DNA from: an uncultured Sangeribacter sp.
GTDB taxonomy: Bacteria > Bacteroidota > Bacteroidia > Bacteroidales > Muribaculaceae
DNA length: 64,000 bases
Assembly (NCBI GenBank): GCA_964588625.1
Contig: CAZPQD010000001.1
Span: 6,023-70,022 of the forward strand
Reading direction: 5' to 3'
The notes below the pieces were generated by a model. The model worked only from the letters and a program-made list of their open reading frames with translations. It was not told the origin of the DNA and did no database searches. Below, piece by piece: positions 38,826-50,272 of this stretch (the stretch's first letter is position 1; each line of letters opens with the position of its first letter). Both the position numbers and the translations under genes were made by a program.

Positions 38826-40250
38826 ATGAGAGGACGGTTGATTTCTCCCAAGATACAGAGGACAAAGTATGTGGTATGCGACTATCTGACGACAGCCGTC
38901 GCTTTCTGCATATTCAATGTCTATCGTTTCTTCACGCTCCATGAAACGGGAGGTGTCAGCGATCTTTTCGATTATCTCACCACCCAAAAACTTATTCTTG
39001 AACAAATCATCATACCCTTCGCAATGCTGGGAGTCTACTGGCTTTCCGGTTATTACAACAGGCCTTTTGAAAAATCCCGGCTTCAGGAGTTTGTCACTTC
39101 GGTCTTCTCCTCGTTGCTCGGGGCGTTGCTTATTTATCTTGCGTTGATGACCGACGACCTTGTAGGGCGAAGGATGGTGAATTATGAATTGTTGCTCGTC
39201 CTCTTTCTGCTGCTCCTTTTTTTCCTTTATCTTGGAAGATTTGTCATCACACAGAATGCCATCGAAAAATTCTCCAATCACAGATGGAGCATCAATACGA
39301 TAGTCGTTGGAAACTCGCGCATGGCGAGGGAGACGGCTTACCGGCTTGCGCGTTCAAGCGCAAAGTTGGGATATAACATTGTGGGTTTCGTCTCTATTCC
39401 CGGAGAACGGGATGTCAACGATGAGCGTCTTAAGTTCAGCATGGAGGAGCTGCCGGAACTTTGCCGGAATGGAAAGATTGACCAGATACTTATCTCTACC
39501 GACGGGCATGATGAGCAGAAAGTGCTCTCACTTCTTTCTGACCTTTTCCCTCTCAATGTGCCTATCAAGATCACACCGGATACATTCTCTTACGTCACTT
39601 CCGCTATCCGTCTTCAGGACATCTATGGCGAGCCGTTCATCGATCTGGCAACACCTGCCATCAGTGAGTCTGCCAAGAATACTAAACGTCTGCTTGACGT
39701 GATGTTCTCTTCTTTGGCATTGCTTCTTCTTTCTCCGGCGCTTGCAATCATAGCCCTGCTCGTGAAGAGAAGTTCTCCGGGTCCGGTCATATATTCCCAG
39801 GAGAGGGTGGGTTATCGCAAACGTCCTTTCAGGATATATAAGTTTCGCACCATGTATGAGGATGCTGAGGCTGCCGGACCTATGCTTTCCAGCGACGGCG
39901 ACCCTCGCATCACACCTCTGGGACGCATAATGCGGAAATATCGTCTGGATGAGCTCCCTCAATTCTGGAATGTGTTGAAGGGCGATATGAGCCTCGTGGG
40001 GCCGCGCCCTGAACGTGAATGTTTCATTGAGCAGATTGTGAAACAGGCTCCTTACTATACCCTTGTGAGTCAGGTGCGCCCTGGCATCACTTCATGGGGG
40101 ATGGTGAAATATGGCTACGCCTCCACAATTGAGCAGATGGTGGAGCGCACAAGATTTGATTTGATCTATCTCTCCAACATGTCTACACTCGTTGATTTCA
40201 AGATTCTCATCCATACCATAAAGACTGTGGTGACGGGGCGAGGTGTCTGA
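38826..40250 (+). CDS. Polyprenyl-phosphate sugar transferase (WcaJ/WbaP family)
   Basis: N-terminal TMs; KRLLD, YKFRTM, DPRIT, RLDELPQ, SLVGPRPE. Confidence 0.92.
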   Translation: MRGRLISPKIQRTKYVVCDYLTTAVAFCIFNVYRFFTLHETGGVSDLFDYLTTQKLILEQIIIPFAMLGVYWLSGYYNRPFEKSRLQEFVTSVFSSLLGALLIYLALMTDDLVGRRMVNYELLLVLFLLLLFFLYLGRFVITQNAIEKFSNHRWSINTIVVGNSRMARETAYRLARSSAKLGYNIVGFVSIPGERDVNDERLKFSMEELPELCRNGKIDQILISTDGHDEQKVLSLLSDLFPLNVPIKITPDTFSYVTSAIRLQDIYGEPFIDLATPAISESAKNTKRLLDVMFSSLALLLLSPALAIIALLVKRSSPGPVIYSQERVGYRKRPFRIYKFRTMYEDAEAAGPMLSSDGDPRITPLGRIMRKYRLDELPQFWNVLKGDMSLVGPRPERECFIEQIVKQAPYYTLVSQVRPGITSWGMVKYGYASTIEQMVERTRFDLIYLSNMSTLVDFKILIHTIKTVVTGRGV

Positions 40251-40282
40251 AATAAAACACTAAACACGGCTGAGATTACCCA

Positions 40283-42085
40283 ATGGCATATACCGAACGA
40301 CATAATAGATTCACTGAATGGTGGCTTAAGGTGGTGATGTGGCGCGAACGCCATGTCAAGGAAAAGAATTTCATGATCATGCTCGCGCTTTTCGTGGGTG
40401 TGATCTGTGGGTTCGCCGCCCAGTTGCTGAAGTACCTTATACATCTTATCTCCTCATTACTCACTTCGCATCTGAATGCCACTACTGCCAACTGGGTTTA
40501 TCTTGTGTGTCCGCTCATAGGCATCATGCTTGTGACGCTCTTTGTGAAGTATGTGGTGAAAGATAATATATCGCATGGCGTCACAAAGGTGCTATATGCC
40601 ATTTCAAGGCGAAAGTCGCGTCTGAAAAAGAAGAATATGTATGCTTCACTTGTGGCTTCATCAATTACGATAGGATTCGGTGGTTCGGTGGGAGCCGAGG
40701 GTCCGATAGTCTTCACCGGGGCTGCAATAGGCTCCAATGTAGGGCAGGCTTTCAGGCTCTCTCCACGCATGTTGATGATTCTCGTCGGTTGCGGAGCGGC
40801 AGCCGGCATCGCCGGTATATTCCGTGCGCCTATTGCCGGTATGCTTTTCACTCTTGAGGTACTGATGATCGACCTGACAGGGGCAACTGTCATGCCTCTT
40901 CTCATAGCCTCGATTTCAGGTGCGACTGTAGCTTATATTCTCGAGGGCTACGATGCGGAGTTCTTCTTCTCGCAAAGTGAGCCTTTCCTCACCAGTAAGA
41001 TACCTTACGTTATTCTTCTCGGCATACTATGCGGATTCGTTTCCCTTTATTTCACACGTGTGATGATATGGATGGAAGGAATTTTCGGAAGAATCAGCAA
41101 ACGATGGCTTAAGATTTCTTTTGGTGGCGCACTGATGGCTCTGCTGATTTTCGTGTTCCCTCCCCTCTACGGTGAAGGATACGGCGCCATCAATAATCTG
41201 CTGGAGGGCGATCCGCAGGCTGTGGTCAACGGTACATTCTTCTACGTTGACCGCGATAACGTATGGTTCATTGCCCTTTTTATTGCGGCGGTACTCCTAA
41301 TGAAGGCTTTCGCCACTTCGGCCACAAATGGTGCCGGAGGCGTTGGAGGCACATTCGCTCCATCACTTTTCGTCGGGGCTTTATGCGGCTTCCTCTTTGC
41401 TTTTGTTCTCAATAATCTTGACACTCCCATTGAACTCTCCAATAAGAATTTTGCTTTGATGGGTATGGCGGGATTGATGAGTGGAGTCATGCACGCTCCT
41501 CTTATGGCAATCTTCCTTACAGCTGAGATGACTGGAGGCTACAACCTATTCCTCCCTCTGCTGATTGTCTCCTCCATCGCATATATGACCATCAGGATAT
41601 TCGAGCCTTACAGCATCTACACAAAACGACTGGCCATGGCCGGCGACCTTCTGACTCATGAGAAGGATAAGGCTGTCCTGACGCTTCTGAAGGTTGACAA
41701 TGTTATCGAACACGATTGCAAGGCTGTGCATCCGGATATGACACTTAAGGAGGTGGTGGATATAATCGCAACTTCAAGCCGTAATCTCTTCCCAGTTGTG
41801 GATTCCGAAGGGATGCTGAAGGGTATTGTGCTCCTTGATGAGATTCGCAACATTATGTTCCGCACGGATCTTTACAGAAAGATGCACGTCACCCGATTCA
41901 TGTCGATGCCTCCGGCCCGTGTGCTCACCACTGACTCCATGGAGACTGTGATGGAGACGTTCGACAAGACCAATGCTTGGAATCTTCCCGTAGTCGATCC
42001 TGAAGGTCATTACGTGGGATTCGTCTCCAAATCAAAGATTTTCAATTCTTACCGCCGTGTGTTGCGTCATTACACGGATGATTGA
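40283..42085 (+). CDS. ClC-family chloride channel/transporter with CBS pair
   Basis: GAEGP, FRAPIAG, GGTFAP, C-terminal CBS domains. Confidence 0.92.
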   Translation: MAYTERHNRFTEWWLKVVMWRERHVKEKNFMIMLALFVGVICGFAAQLLKYLIHLISSLLTSHLNATTANWVYLVCPLIGIMLVTLFVKYVVKDNISHGVTKVLYAISRRKSRLKKKNMYASLVASSITIGFGGSVGAEGPIVFTGAAIGSNVGQAFRLSPRMLMILVGCGAAAGIAGIFRAPIAGMLFTLEVLMIDLTGATVMPLLIASISGATVAYILEGYDAEFFFSQSEPFLTSKIPYVILLGILCGFVSLYFTRVMIWMEGIFGRISKRWLKISFGGALMALLIFVFPPLYGEGYGAINNLLEGDPQAVVNGTFFYVDRDNVWFIALFIAAVLLMKAFATSATNGAGGVGGTFAPSLFVGALCGFLFAFVLNNLDTPIELSNKNFALMGMAGLMSGVMHAPLMAIFLTAEMTGGYNLFLPLLIVSSIAYMTIRIFEPYSIYTKRLAMAGDLLTHEKDKAVLTLLKVDNVIEHDCKAVHPDMTLKEVVDIIATSSRNLFPVVDSEGMLKGIVLLDEIRNIMFRTDLYRKMHVTRFMSMPPARVLTTDSMETVMETFDKTNAWNLPVVDPEGHYVGFVSKSKIFNSYRRVLRHYTDD

Positions 42086-42120
42086 TAACCCCTTCTTTCA
42101 AAAAATAATTACTTTATTTC

Positions 42121-43068
42121 ATGAAAATAGTATTCTTCGGTACTCCCGAATTTGCCGTTCCTTCTCTGGAGCGCCTTATAGCCGATGGCCACGATGTAGC
42201 AGCTGTAGTGACCATGCCCGACAAACGTGGAGGACGCCAGCATAAGATAATTGAAAGCGATGTGAAAAAATGTGCTGTGGCTCATGGATTGCCTGTTCTT
42301 CAGCCTGAGAAACTGCGTGACCCGCAATTTTTGGATACACTGCGCGAGATCAATGCCGATCTTTTTGTTGTAATCGCTTTCCGTATGATGCCGGAAGTGG
42401 TATGGGGAATGCCACCGAAGGGGACGTTTAATCTTCACGCCTCGTTGCTACCACGCTACCGTGGAGCAGCTCCCATCAACTGGGCCATCATCAATGGAGA
42501 TACCAAAAGCGGGGTTACTACCTTCTTTCTCTCCCATGAGATTGACACAGGCGAGATCATTGCGCAAAGAGAGGTGGATATTCTACCTGAAGATAATGTT
42601 GGTACGCTCTACGACCGATTGATGACCCTTGGTGCTGACATGACTTCTGCCACTGTCAAGGCGATTGAGGATGGCTCTGTTTCGACTCAACCGCAGCCGG
42701 AAGGTGAGTTTGTGCCTGCTCCTAAAATCTTTAAGGAGACTTGCCGCATAGATTGGAATGACTCTTCAGTCAACATCCATAATAAGGTAAGGGGACTCTC
42801 TCCCTATCCTGCGGCCTGGACTGTCATGAAACTTGACAACGGCACAGAGGCTGATCTTAAGATTTATGAGACCCGAGTGTTGCCTGCTGAGGAGTTGAAT
42901 GCGGAATGGAGCAAATTGCTTCCCGGAGATGTTGTCAGGGATTCTCGCCGGCTTTTAGTGAAAAGTGCCGATGGGGTAGTGGAGGTTCTATCGCTGCAGC
43001 CGGCCGGTAAACGCAGGATGGATGCCTCGGCCTTCCTTCTCGGTTACCATACGCAGAAGATGTCGTGA
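42121..43068 (+). CDS. fmt: Methionyl-tRNA formyltransferase
   Basis: FFGTPEFA, NLHASLLPRYRGAAPI, DTG, APKI. Confidence 0.96.
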   Translation: MKIVFFGTPEFAVPSLERLIADGHDVAAVVTMPDKRGGRQHKIIESDVKKCAVAHGLPVLQPEKLRDPQFLDTLREINADLFVVIAFRMMPEVVWGMPPKGTFNLHASLLPRYRGAAPINWAIINGDTKSGVTTFFLSHEIDTGEIIAQREVDILPEDNVGTLYDRLMTLGADMTSATVKAIEDGSVSTQPQPEGEFVPAPKIFKETCRIDWNDSSVNIHNKVRGLSPYPAAWTVMKLDNGTEADLKIYETRVLPAEELNAEWSKLLPGDVVRDSRRLLVKSADGVVEVLSLQPAGKRRMDASAFLLGYHTQKMS

Positions 43069-43095
43069 ATTTCTGATGGAATTTTCTGAAATTGA

Positions 43096-44874
43096 ATGAT
43101 GGAAACAGAAAAAGATTCATTACAGTCTGCCTTCATAGACACAGCCAACCGTTCCTGCCGAATGATTGCCGACGTATTGCTGGAGCATGGGGTAATCCAT
43201 GTTGTCTGTTCGCCGGGCTCCCGCAATACACCTCTTCTTCTTGCTGTATCATCCCGGGAGAGGTTTAAGACGCACGTTGTCATCGACGAACGTTCCGCGG
43301 CCTTCATGGCTCTTGGCCTGGCCCAGGTGTCTCAGAATCCGGTGGCTCTAATCTGTACTTCCGGCACGGCTTTGCTCAACTACGCTCCGGCTGTGGCCGA
43401 AGCTTATTATCAGGGATTGCCGTTGATCGTCATATCAGCCGACCGTCCCGAGCAATGGATTGATCAGGACGATTCACAGACTATTCGCCAACCAGGAGCC
43501 TTCGCCCATTTCATAAAGAGAAGCTACGATATAGCGGCTCTCCCTGATCCGGAGAAGGAACGTCTCTGGCTCACCAACCGCGTTGTGAATGATGCCATGA
43601 TTGAGGCAATGTCGGCAAGGAAGGGACCGGTGCATATTAATGTGCGTCTTGCAGATCCATTGGGAATTGTGAAGAGTGATTCTGAAAGGGAGGAGGCACG
43701 CATAATTCGGATGATAGGTGACCATTCGTCCATTGACCGCGTCATGATGGAGCAACTTGCCAGGAAGGCTCTTGAGAGCAAAGTGATGATCATAGCTGGT
43801 TTCATGTCTCCTTCCTCACGACTCAATAAGGCAATGGTTTCACTTACCAAATTGCCGGGGGTTGTGGTGATGGCTGAGACTCTTGCCAATCTGCATCTGA
43901 GACCTGAATGCGGTTGTATAGATACTGTGCTCGCACGCCATCGGGAGGTGTACGGAGAGGATTATCGGCCCGACATAGTAATCTCTACTGGTGGTGCCAT
44001 AGTTTCGAGAAAAATCAAGGAATATATCCGTTCGCTCAATGGAGTGGAGCACTGGGCCATCGGAGCACAGCATACTACAGTAGATTGCTTCATGTCTTTG
44101 AGTCTTCGCATAGAGACTTCCCCTGAATATTTCTTTACGCAGCTCCAGGGTAATATGAAGAAACTTATAGCAAAGCAATATTATGATTCTTCTTCCCTCC
44201 CAAAGCGGTTGGAATTTGATTACGCTTGGTTTAAAGCACGAAAGGAAGCTGCCGCCACAGTAAAGAAGCTGTCGGAAAGCACTCCATGGTCGGATTTGAA
44301 GGCTTATGGGATTATCCTTGGAGCTCTGCCTGAAAATGCTAATCTTTTCCTAAGCAACGGAACAAGCGTTCGCTACGCCCAGATTTATTCTCTCAAACTT
44401 CCCCATGCCTCATTCTGCAATAGGGGAGTTAGCGGAATCGACGGAAGCACTTCCACTGCCATTGGAGGAAGTCTGATTTATAAGAATGGATTGACAGTAC
44501 TTATCACCGGCGACATGAGTTTTGCATATGATATTGGAGCTCTCCAATTGAAAGAAACGCCTGAAAGGATGAGAATTGTGGTAATCTCCAATGCCGGAGG
44601 CGGTATTTTCCGCTTCATACCCACAACTGTTTCAATTCCTTCCTCTGAGATCCGCGAGAAATATTTCTGTGCGGACCCTTGTATAGACATCGAGGCAGTT
44701 TCCAAGGCTTTCGGATGGGAGTATATGAAGGCCGAATCTGTCGATTCGCTCAAAAGTCTTCTTCCGCACTTCTTCAACGAGAAAGGGGGAAAGACGATAC
44801 TTGAAGTAAAGACGCCCGCCGAACTCTCCGCCTCCCTTCTCCGCGACTTCCTCTCTCCGACCAACCATTTGTAA
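43096..44874 (+). CDS. menD: SEPHCHC synthase MenD
   Basis: [43 protein letters not shown]. Confidence 0.95.
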   Translation: MMETEKDSLQSAFIDTANRSCRMIADVLLEHGVIHVVCSPGSRNTPLLLAVSSRERFKTHVVIDERSAAFMALGLAQVSQNPVALICTSGTALLNYAPAVAEAYYQGLPLIVISADRPEQWIDQDDSQTIRQPGAFAHFIKRSYDIAALPDPEKERLWLTNRVVNDAMIEAMSARKGPVHINVRLADPLGIVKSDSEREEARIIRMIGDHSSIDRVMMEQLARKALESKVMIIAGFMSPSSRLNKAMVSLTKLPGVVVMAETLANLHLRPECGCIDTVLARHREVYGEDYRPDIVISTGGAIVSRKIKEYIRSLNGVEHWAIGAQHTTVDCFMSLSLRIETSPEYFFTQLQGNMKKLIAKQYYDSSSLPKRLEFDYAWFKARKEAAATVKKLSESTPWSDLKAYGIILGALPENANLFLSNGTSVRYAQIYSLKLPHASFCNRGVSGIDGSTSTAIGGSLIYKNGLTVLITGDMSFAYDIGALQLKETPERMRIVVISNAGGGIFRFIPTTVSIPSSEIREKYFCADPCIDIEAVSKAFGWEYMKAESVDSLKSLLPHFFNEKGGKTILEVKTPAELSASLLRDFLSPTNHL

Positions 44875-44899
44875 CTCAACACTTGTAACAATATTACGT

Positions 44900-45715
44900 A
44901 TGTTCAACTGGAAACCAATCAAGGAATACACTGACATTATCTTTGAGCAATTCGAAGGAATAGCCAAGATCACCATCAACCGTCCGAAGGTCTACAATGC
45001 CTTCCGTCCTCTCACCAATGCCGAGATGCTTGATGCCATGCGTATCTGCCGCGAGCGCACAGATATTGGAGTCATCATCCTCACCGGAGCTGGCGACAAG
45101 GCTTTTTGCTCAGGAGGCGATCAGAATGTGAAAGGGCTCGGAGGCTACATCGACGCTGACGGCACACCGCGCCTTAATGTTCTTGAACTTCACAAGGCTA
45201 TACGGTCAATACCCAAACCGGTGATCGCCATGGTCAATGGCTACAGCATCGGTGGTGGAAATGTGCTTCAGGTGGTGTGCGACCTCTCCATCGCTTCGGA
45301 GAATGCACGTTTCGGTCAGACTGGCCCGAAGGTGGGAAGCTTCGACGCTGGTTTCGGATCAAGCTATCTCGCCCGATGCGTGGGCCAGAAGAAAGCTCGT
45401 GAGATATGGTTTCTCTGCAAACAGTATACGGCTAAGGAAGCCCTCGAAATGGGAATGGTCAATGAAGTTGTGCCCTTCGAAAAACTGGAGGAGACCACTG
45501 TGGAGTGGTGTCGCACCATTCTCAAGCGTTCTCCGCTCGCCATCAGAATGATCAAGCGTGCCCTCAATGCCGAACTTGACGGCCAGCATGGGCTTATGGA
45601 GTTTGCCGGCGATGCTACACTCATGTATTATCTCATGGAGGAGGCGCAGGAAGGGAAGAATGCTTTCCTTGAGAAGCGTGATCCGAATTTCGAACAGTTC
45701 CCCAAATTCCCTTGA
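44900..45715 (+). CDS. menB: 1,4-dihydroxy-2-naphthoyl-CoA synthase
   Basis: [33 protein letters not shown]. Confidence 0.96.
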   Translation: MFNWKPIKEYTDIIFEQFEGIAKITINRPKVYNAFRPLTNAEMLDAMRICRERTDIGVIILTGAGDKAFCSGGDQNVKGLGGYIDADGTPRLNVLELHKAIRSIPKPVIAMVNGYSIGGGNVLQVVCDLSIASENARFGQTGPKVGSFDAGFGSSYLARCVGQKKAREIWFLCKQYTAKEALEMGMVNEVVPFEKLEETTVEWCRTILKRSPLAIRMIKRALNAELDGQHGLMEFAGDATLMYYLMEEAQEGKNAFLEKRDPNFEQFPKFP

Positions 45716-45719
45716 TTCA

Positions 45720-46778
45720 ATGAGGCTCGCTTATGCTCCTTACGTTCTCAAATTTAAGAGTCCTGCGGGCACTTCCCGCGGGATTCTTAATGAGAAACTC
45801 ACCTGTCTGATCAAGTTATACGATGAATCTGATCCCACACGCTTCGGAATTGGAGAAGCAGCAGTATTCGAAGGGCTGTCGCCTGAAGCTGGAGGGGGTT
45901 ATGAGATCAAGCTTCTTGAACTTGTGGCCAATGTAGCCCTTGGGCGTCCTACCGATCTTTCTGCTCATTCTTCAATTCAATTTGGATTTGAGCAGGCAAT
46001 CAATGACTTTGCCAACGGTTGCCGAGGAATATATTTCCCTACGAAATTCACTGAAGGAAAGAGCGAGATTGAGATCAACGGACTCGTGTGGATGGGTTCT
46101 CTTGATGAAATGCTCGGCAGATTGCATCAAAAGGTGGAGGCGGGTTTCCGGTGCATCAAGGTGAAGATAGGAGCCATCGACTGGGAAAAGGAAGTGGAGT
46201 TGCTTTCAGCCATACGCACGGAATACCCGGAAAAAGAACTTATGATACGTGTGGATGCCAATGGTGGATTTACTTCGGAAAATGTGATGTCAAGGCTCGA
46301 GGTACTTTCCAAATTTGATGTTCACAGCATAGAGCAACCCATTCCTGCCGGCAGAGCGGAAGAGATGGGGGCTATTTGTCGAAATTCGCCGGTGCCGGTG
46401 GCTCTTGACGAGGAATTGATAGGTGTATATGAGGCTGAGTCGAAGGAAAAACTCCTGCAGACCATCCGTCCGGCTTACATCATCCTCAAACCTGCCCTTT
46501 GCGGAGGGTTTCAAGGTGCGTTGGAATGGATTCAGCTTGCAGGGAAAGTCAATGCCGGCTGGTGGGTGACATCGGCACTTGAATCAAACATCGGACTAAA
46601 TGCCATTGCCCAGTGGACTGCCATGTTGGGAGTGAAGGGTCCGCAAGGTCTTGGCACGGGTGCTCTATTCACCAACAACTTCTCTACTCCGATAGCACTC
46701 GATTCCGACCGACTACACTTTTTACCAGATTCGCAACTCGATTACTCCCAATTTGCCGATCTCGATTGGCGTGGATAA
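45720..46778 (+). CDS. menC: o-succinylbenzoate synthase
   Basis: KVKIG, RVDANG, IEQP, LDEE, LKP, SALES. True start is ATG 45720 (the ORF track extension overlaps menB). Confidence 0.92.
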   Translation: MRLAYAPYVLKFKSPAGTSRGILNEKLTCLIKLYDESDPTRFGIGEAAVFEGLSPEAGGGYEIKLLELVANVALGRPTDLSAHSSIQFGFEQAINDFANGCRGIYFPTKFTEGKSEIEINGLVWMGSLDEMLGRLHQKVEAGFRCIKVKIGAIDWEKEVELLSAIRTEYPEKELMIRVDANGGFTSENVMSRLEVLSKFDVHSIEQPIPAGRAEEMGAICRNSPVPVALDEELIGVYEAESKEKLLQTIRPAYIILKPALCGGFQGALEWIQLAGKVNAGWWVTSALESNIGLNAIAQWTAMLGVKGPQGLGTGALFTNNFSTPIALDSDRLHFLPDSQLDYSQFADLDWRG

Positions 46779-46843
46779 TGTGTGTCTTTGCAAAGTACTT
46801 TATATCCGGTAATTTTAAGGCATAAGATAAGACTGTAGCAATA

Positions 46844-47941
46844 ATGACGTTTGAAGAATTTCGAGAAGAGTGGGAGAGTGGAGAAGATTTTATTTTGGCA
46901 CATACTTCCGGTTCTACGGGTACTCCGAAAGAAATACGACTCCCAAAGACATTGATGCGAATAAGTGCCGGAGCCACAAATGATTTCTTTGCTCTCGGAA
47001 AGGGAGCTCGTTTTCACAGTTGCGTGGCTGCCGATTTCATCGGTGGCAAGATGATGCTTGTGCGTGCCCTGATGGCAGATGGTATATTTACAGCCGAAAC
47101 TCCGTCCAACCATCCCCTTTCGACACTCCATCCATCTGAGGAGATTGATCTGCTTGCTGTGGTGCCTTCCCAGATGATCCATATTCTGGAGAATGTTTCA
47201 TCACTGCCAAATATCAAGAATATCATCATAGGTGGAAGTGCCATAAATCCTGAATTAAGGAAAAGAATAGCAGATTCCGGACTGAATTGCTACGAAACCT
47301 ACGGTATGACGGAGACTGCATCCCACATTGCCCTGAGAAAAATCACTAACGGAATTCCTCTCCCTTTTTATCCCTTGCCTTGGGTGAAGATCTCGATTGA
47401 TTTCCGTGGATGTCTGAATATAGCTATTCCAAACTCGCCCTTTTGCAAGTCGTCTGACAAAAAGGAGCATTCATCAGATGAATCACCTGCTGAAACCTCA
47501 ATTGTCGTCACCAACGACCTGGCCACACTCTCACCTGATGGAGGTTTCTATATTACGGGAAGGATTGATGATGTTATAATCACTGGAGGGAAAAAACTCA
47601 ATCCATTGGAGGTTGAGGAAGCCCTGACGCGGGTTGCCGGCATTCCGGTGGTAATCTCCTCAATTCCAGATGAGAAATGGGGTGAAAAAGCCATTGCCAT
47701 TGTTCCTTCCGATTCAGATGTGTCCATCGTTAAGGCAGCAATGCCAAAACTGATACTCCCGAAATGGAAACATCCCAAGTGTATTCTTTCTCTCTCGTAC
47801 CTTAGCTCTCTTTCTTCTCAAACTTCTGACTCTTCTCTATCCTCATTCTCCTCACTCCCAGCAACCCGTTCCGGGAAGCTCGACCGACGAGTGCTCAAAA
47901 AACTACTTGCAAGGATGATAAGTGCGATTGATAACCCATAA
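46844..47941 (+). CDS. menE: o-succinylbenzoate-CoA ligase
   Basis: TSGSTGTPK, YGMTET, GRIDD, SGKLDR; located in the men cluster. Confidence 0.88.
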   Translation: MTFEEFREEWESGEDFILAHTSGSTGTPKEIRLPKTLMRISAGATNDFFALGKGARFHSCVAADFIGGKMMLVRALMADGIFTAETPSNHPLSTLHPSEEIDLLAVVPSQMIHILENVSSLPNIKNIIIGGSAINPELRKRIADSGLNCYETYGMTETASHIALRKITNGIPLPFYPLPWVKISIDFRGCLNIAIPNSPFCKSSDKKEHSSDESPAETSIVVTNDLATLSPDGGFYITGRIDDVIITGGKKLNPLEVEEALTRVAGIPVVISSIPDEKWGEKAIAIVPSDSDVSIVKAAMPKLILPKWKHPKCILSLSYLSSLSSQTSDSSLSSFSSLPATRSGKLDRRVLKKLLARMISAIDNP

Positions 47942-48145
47942 AACAGAATAAAAATCTGACTTCATGACATTTTTGGTGGAATCTACCCTAATATTTTCAC
48001 GGATGGGATTTTATTAGTAATTTTGTAACGTAATTTCATTTAAGGCCGCAGCTCTCTTTCTCTCCGACTCGAAAAATTTTGCGTATCACTGGCGCTAACT
48101 CATTTATCAGGCGGCTATAAATTATGCAGGTAAAAAATTCTTGTA

Positions 48146-48844
48146 ATGATCAAGAAGACTTTAGAACATGTGATGAATCATGGAATGCAGGATCTCTGGA
48201 GTAAGCTCCGTCCGGAAGAAAAGCATCTTGTTGCCGATAATTTCCGTATCCAGCGTTTCAAGAAAAATCAGATTATCTATGCCGAGCATGAGGAACCGGA
48301 ATATCTCTGGTGTCTGCTCAAGGGTAAGGTGAAGATGTATAAGAGTGGCGTGGGTGACAGAGTGCAGATTCTCCGCCTCTATCGCCCGGTGCAATATTTC
48401 GGCTATCGGGCCTACTTCGCCCGCGAACCTTACGTCTCTTCAGCTTCTGCTTTCGAGGCTTCCGAGATCGGATGCATCCACATGCAACTTGTGGAACAGC
48501 TCATTAAGTCTAACAATGACCTCGCCATGTTCTTCATAAGCGAGCTTTCTAAAAATCTTGGCGGTTCTGACACTAAGATCGTAAATCTCACACAGAAACA
48601 CATCCGCGGACGTCTCGCTGAGTCTATCCTCCTTCTTGCCGACAATTATGGACTTGAGGATGATGCGGCCACCCTCAAGATTTTTATGAGTCGGGAGGAT
48701 CTTGCGAATCTTTCCAATATGACTACGGCTAACGCAATTCGTACGCTTACAACTTTTGCCGAGGAACGTCTGATTGTGGTCGACGGCAGAAAAATAACCA
48801 TCCTTGACGAGCCACAACTCAGAAAGATTTCCAAATTCGGATGA
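48146..48844 (+). CDS. Crp/Fnr-family transcriptional regulator
   Basis: cNMP-binding domain (GKVK, YFG) plus C-terminal HTH SREDLANLSNMTTANAIR. Confidence 0.92.
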   Translation: MIKKTLEHVMNHGMQDLWSKLRPEEKHLVADNFRIQRFKKNQIIYAEHEEPEYLWCLLKGKVKMYKSGVGDRVQILRLYRPVQYFGYRAYFAREPYVSSASAFEASEIGCIHMQLVEQLIKSNNDLAMFFISELSKNLGGSDTKIVNLTQKHIRGRLAESILLLADNYGLEDDAATLKIFMSREDLANLSNMTTANAIRTLTTFAEERLIVVDGRKITILDEPQLRKISKFG

Positions 48845-48850
48845 CAACCT

Positions 48851-50272
48851 ATGAAATTTGAAGAATTACTCTCTAACGACGATCTTCTCGATGCACTCTA
48901 CGATATGCACTTCGATGAGTGCACTCCTATTCAGGAGAAAGCCATTCCACCGGTGCTTGAAGGTCGCGATCTTATAGCAGTTGCACAGACAGGTACTGGT
49001 AAGACAGCTGCCTACCTGCTACCCGTGATAGAAAAACTCGTGTCGGAAGGTTGGCCCACTGATACTGTCAACTGCGTCGTTATGGCTCCCACGCGTGAAC
49101 TCGCCATGCAGATCGACCAGCAGATGCAGGGCTTCTCTTATTTCTTGCCGGTCTCGAGTGTGGCAATTTATGGTGGTACCGATGGAGGCACCTACGAACA
49201 GCAACGCAAGAGCCTGAAACAGGGTGTGGATGTCGTGGTGGCTACGCCCGGCAGGCTGTTGGCTCACCTAAGCATGGGATATGTTGACCTTTCAAAGGTT
49301 GGTTTCTTTATCCTTGATGAGGCCGACAGAATGCTCGACATGGGTTTTATGGACGACATCATGCAGATAATCGGACGCCTCCCTAAGGAGAGACAGACAC
49401 TCCTTTTCTCAGCCACTATGCCTCCGAAAATCCAGCAACTTGCCAACAGTGTGCTTAAGGATCCCGCTGAGATTAAGATTGCAGTCTCCAAGCCTGCCGA
49501 CAAGATAAAACAATCAGCCTATATCTGCTACGACGGACAGAAACTCCCCATCATCCTCAAAATATTCGAGAGGGATAAATACAACAAGGTCATTATCTTT
49601 GCCGGTTCGAAGCTGAAGGTGAAGGAACTGACACGAGCCCTACGACAGAAGAACGTGAAGGTGGCGGAGATGCATTCTGACCTTGACCAGAATAAGCGTG
49701 AGGACGTGATCTTGAAATTCAAGGCAGGACAAGTAAACGTACTTGTGGCCACTGACATTATGGCACGAGGCATTGATATCGACGATATAGAACTCGTTAT
49801 CAATTATGATGTGCCCCGTGAGGCTGAGGATTATGTGCATCGAATCGGACGTACTGCCCGAGCAGACCGTGAAGGAAGCGCCATTACTTTTGTCAATCCA
49901 AAGGATATGCGCAACTTCCGCAATATCGAGCGTCTGCTTGAGAAAGAAGTGGAGAAGAACCCACTTCCTGATGGAATGGAAGATGGACCCTCATACCGGA
50001 CGGATTCTCCGCGCAGTGGTAAAAACGGAGGGCGCACGCGAAACCGTGGAAGAGGAAATAAATCAAAAAGGACCGGTTCTAAATCATCGGTTAAAAAAAC
50101 TGATGCCTCCATCGCTGACACTCCCGTCACTTCCGCTCCTGCAGCTCCCTCCACTCAGACTCAAGCTGCTGACACTCACGCATCTTCTGATCGTGCTCCT
50201 TCCGCTCCTGCAAAAAAGAAGCGAAGATATTATCATCGACGTCGCAAGCCGGCTTCGCAATCCCCTGAATAA
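48851..50272 (+). CDS. DEAD-box RNA helicase (RhlE-like)
   Basis: AQTGTGKT, PTRELA, DEAD, SAT, ARGID, HRIGRTAR; basic low-complexity tail. Confidence 0.95.
   Translation: MKFEELLSNDDLLDALYDMHFDECTPIQEKAIPPVLEGRDLIAVAQTGTGKTAAYLLPVIEKLVSEGWPTDTVNCVVMAPTRELAMQIDQQMQGFSYFLPVSSVAIYGGTDGGTYEQQRKSLKQGVDVVVATPGRLLAHLSMGYVDLSKVGFFILDEADRMLDMGFMDDIMQIIGRLPKERQTLLFSATMPPKIQQLANSVLKDPAEIKIAVSKPADKIKQSAYICYDGQKLPIILKIFERDKYNKVIIFAGSKLKVKELTRALRQKNVKVAEMHSDLDQNKREDVILKFKAGQVNVLVATDIMARGIDIDDIELVINYDVPREAEDYVHRIGRTARADREGSAITFVNPKDMRNFRNIERLLEKEVEKNPLPDGMEDGPSYRTDSPRSGKNGGRTRNRGRGNKSKRTGSKSSVKKTDASIADTPVTSAPAAPSTQTQAADTHASSDRAPSAPAKKKRRYYHRRRKPASQSPE

Noticed and set aside
45558-45719. N-terminal extension of MenC in the ORF track
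   Set aside because: It overlaps menB; ATG 45720 right after the menB stop gives a typical MenC start.
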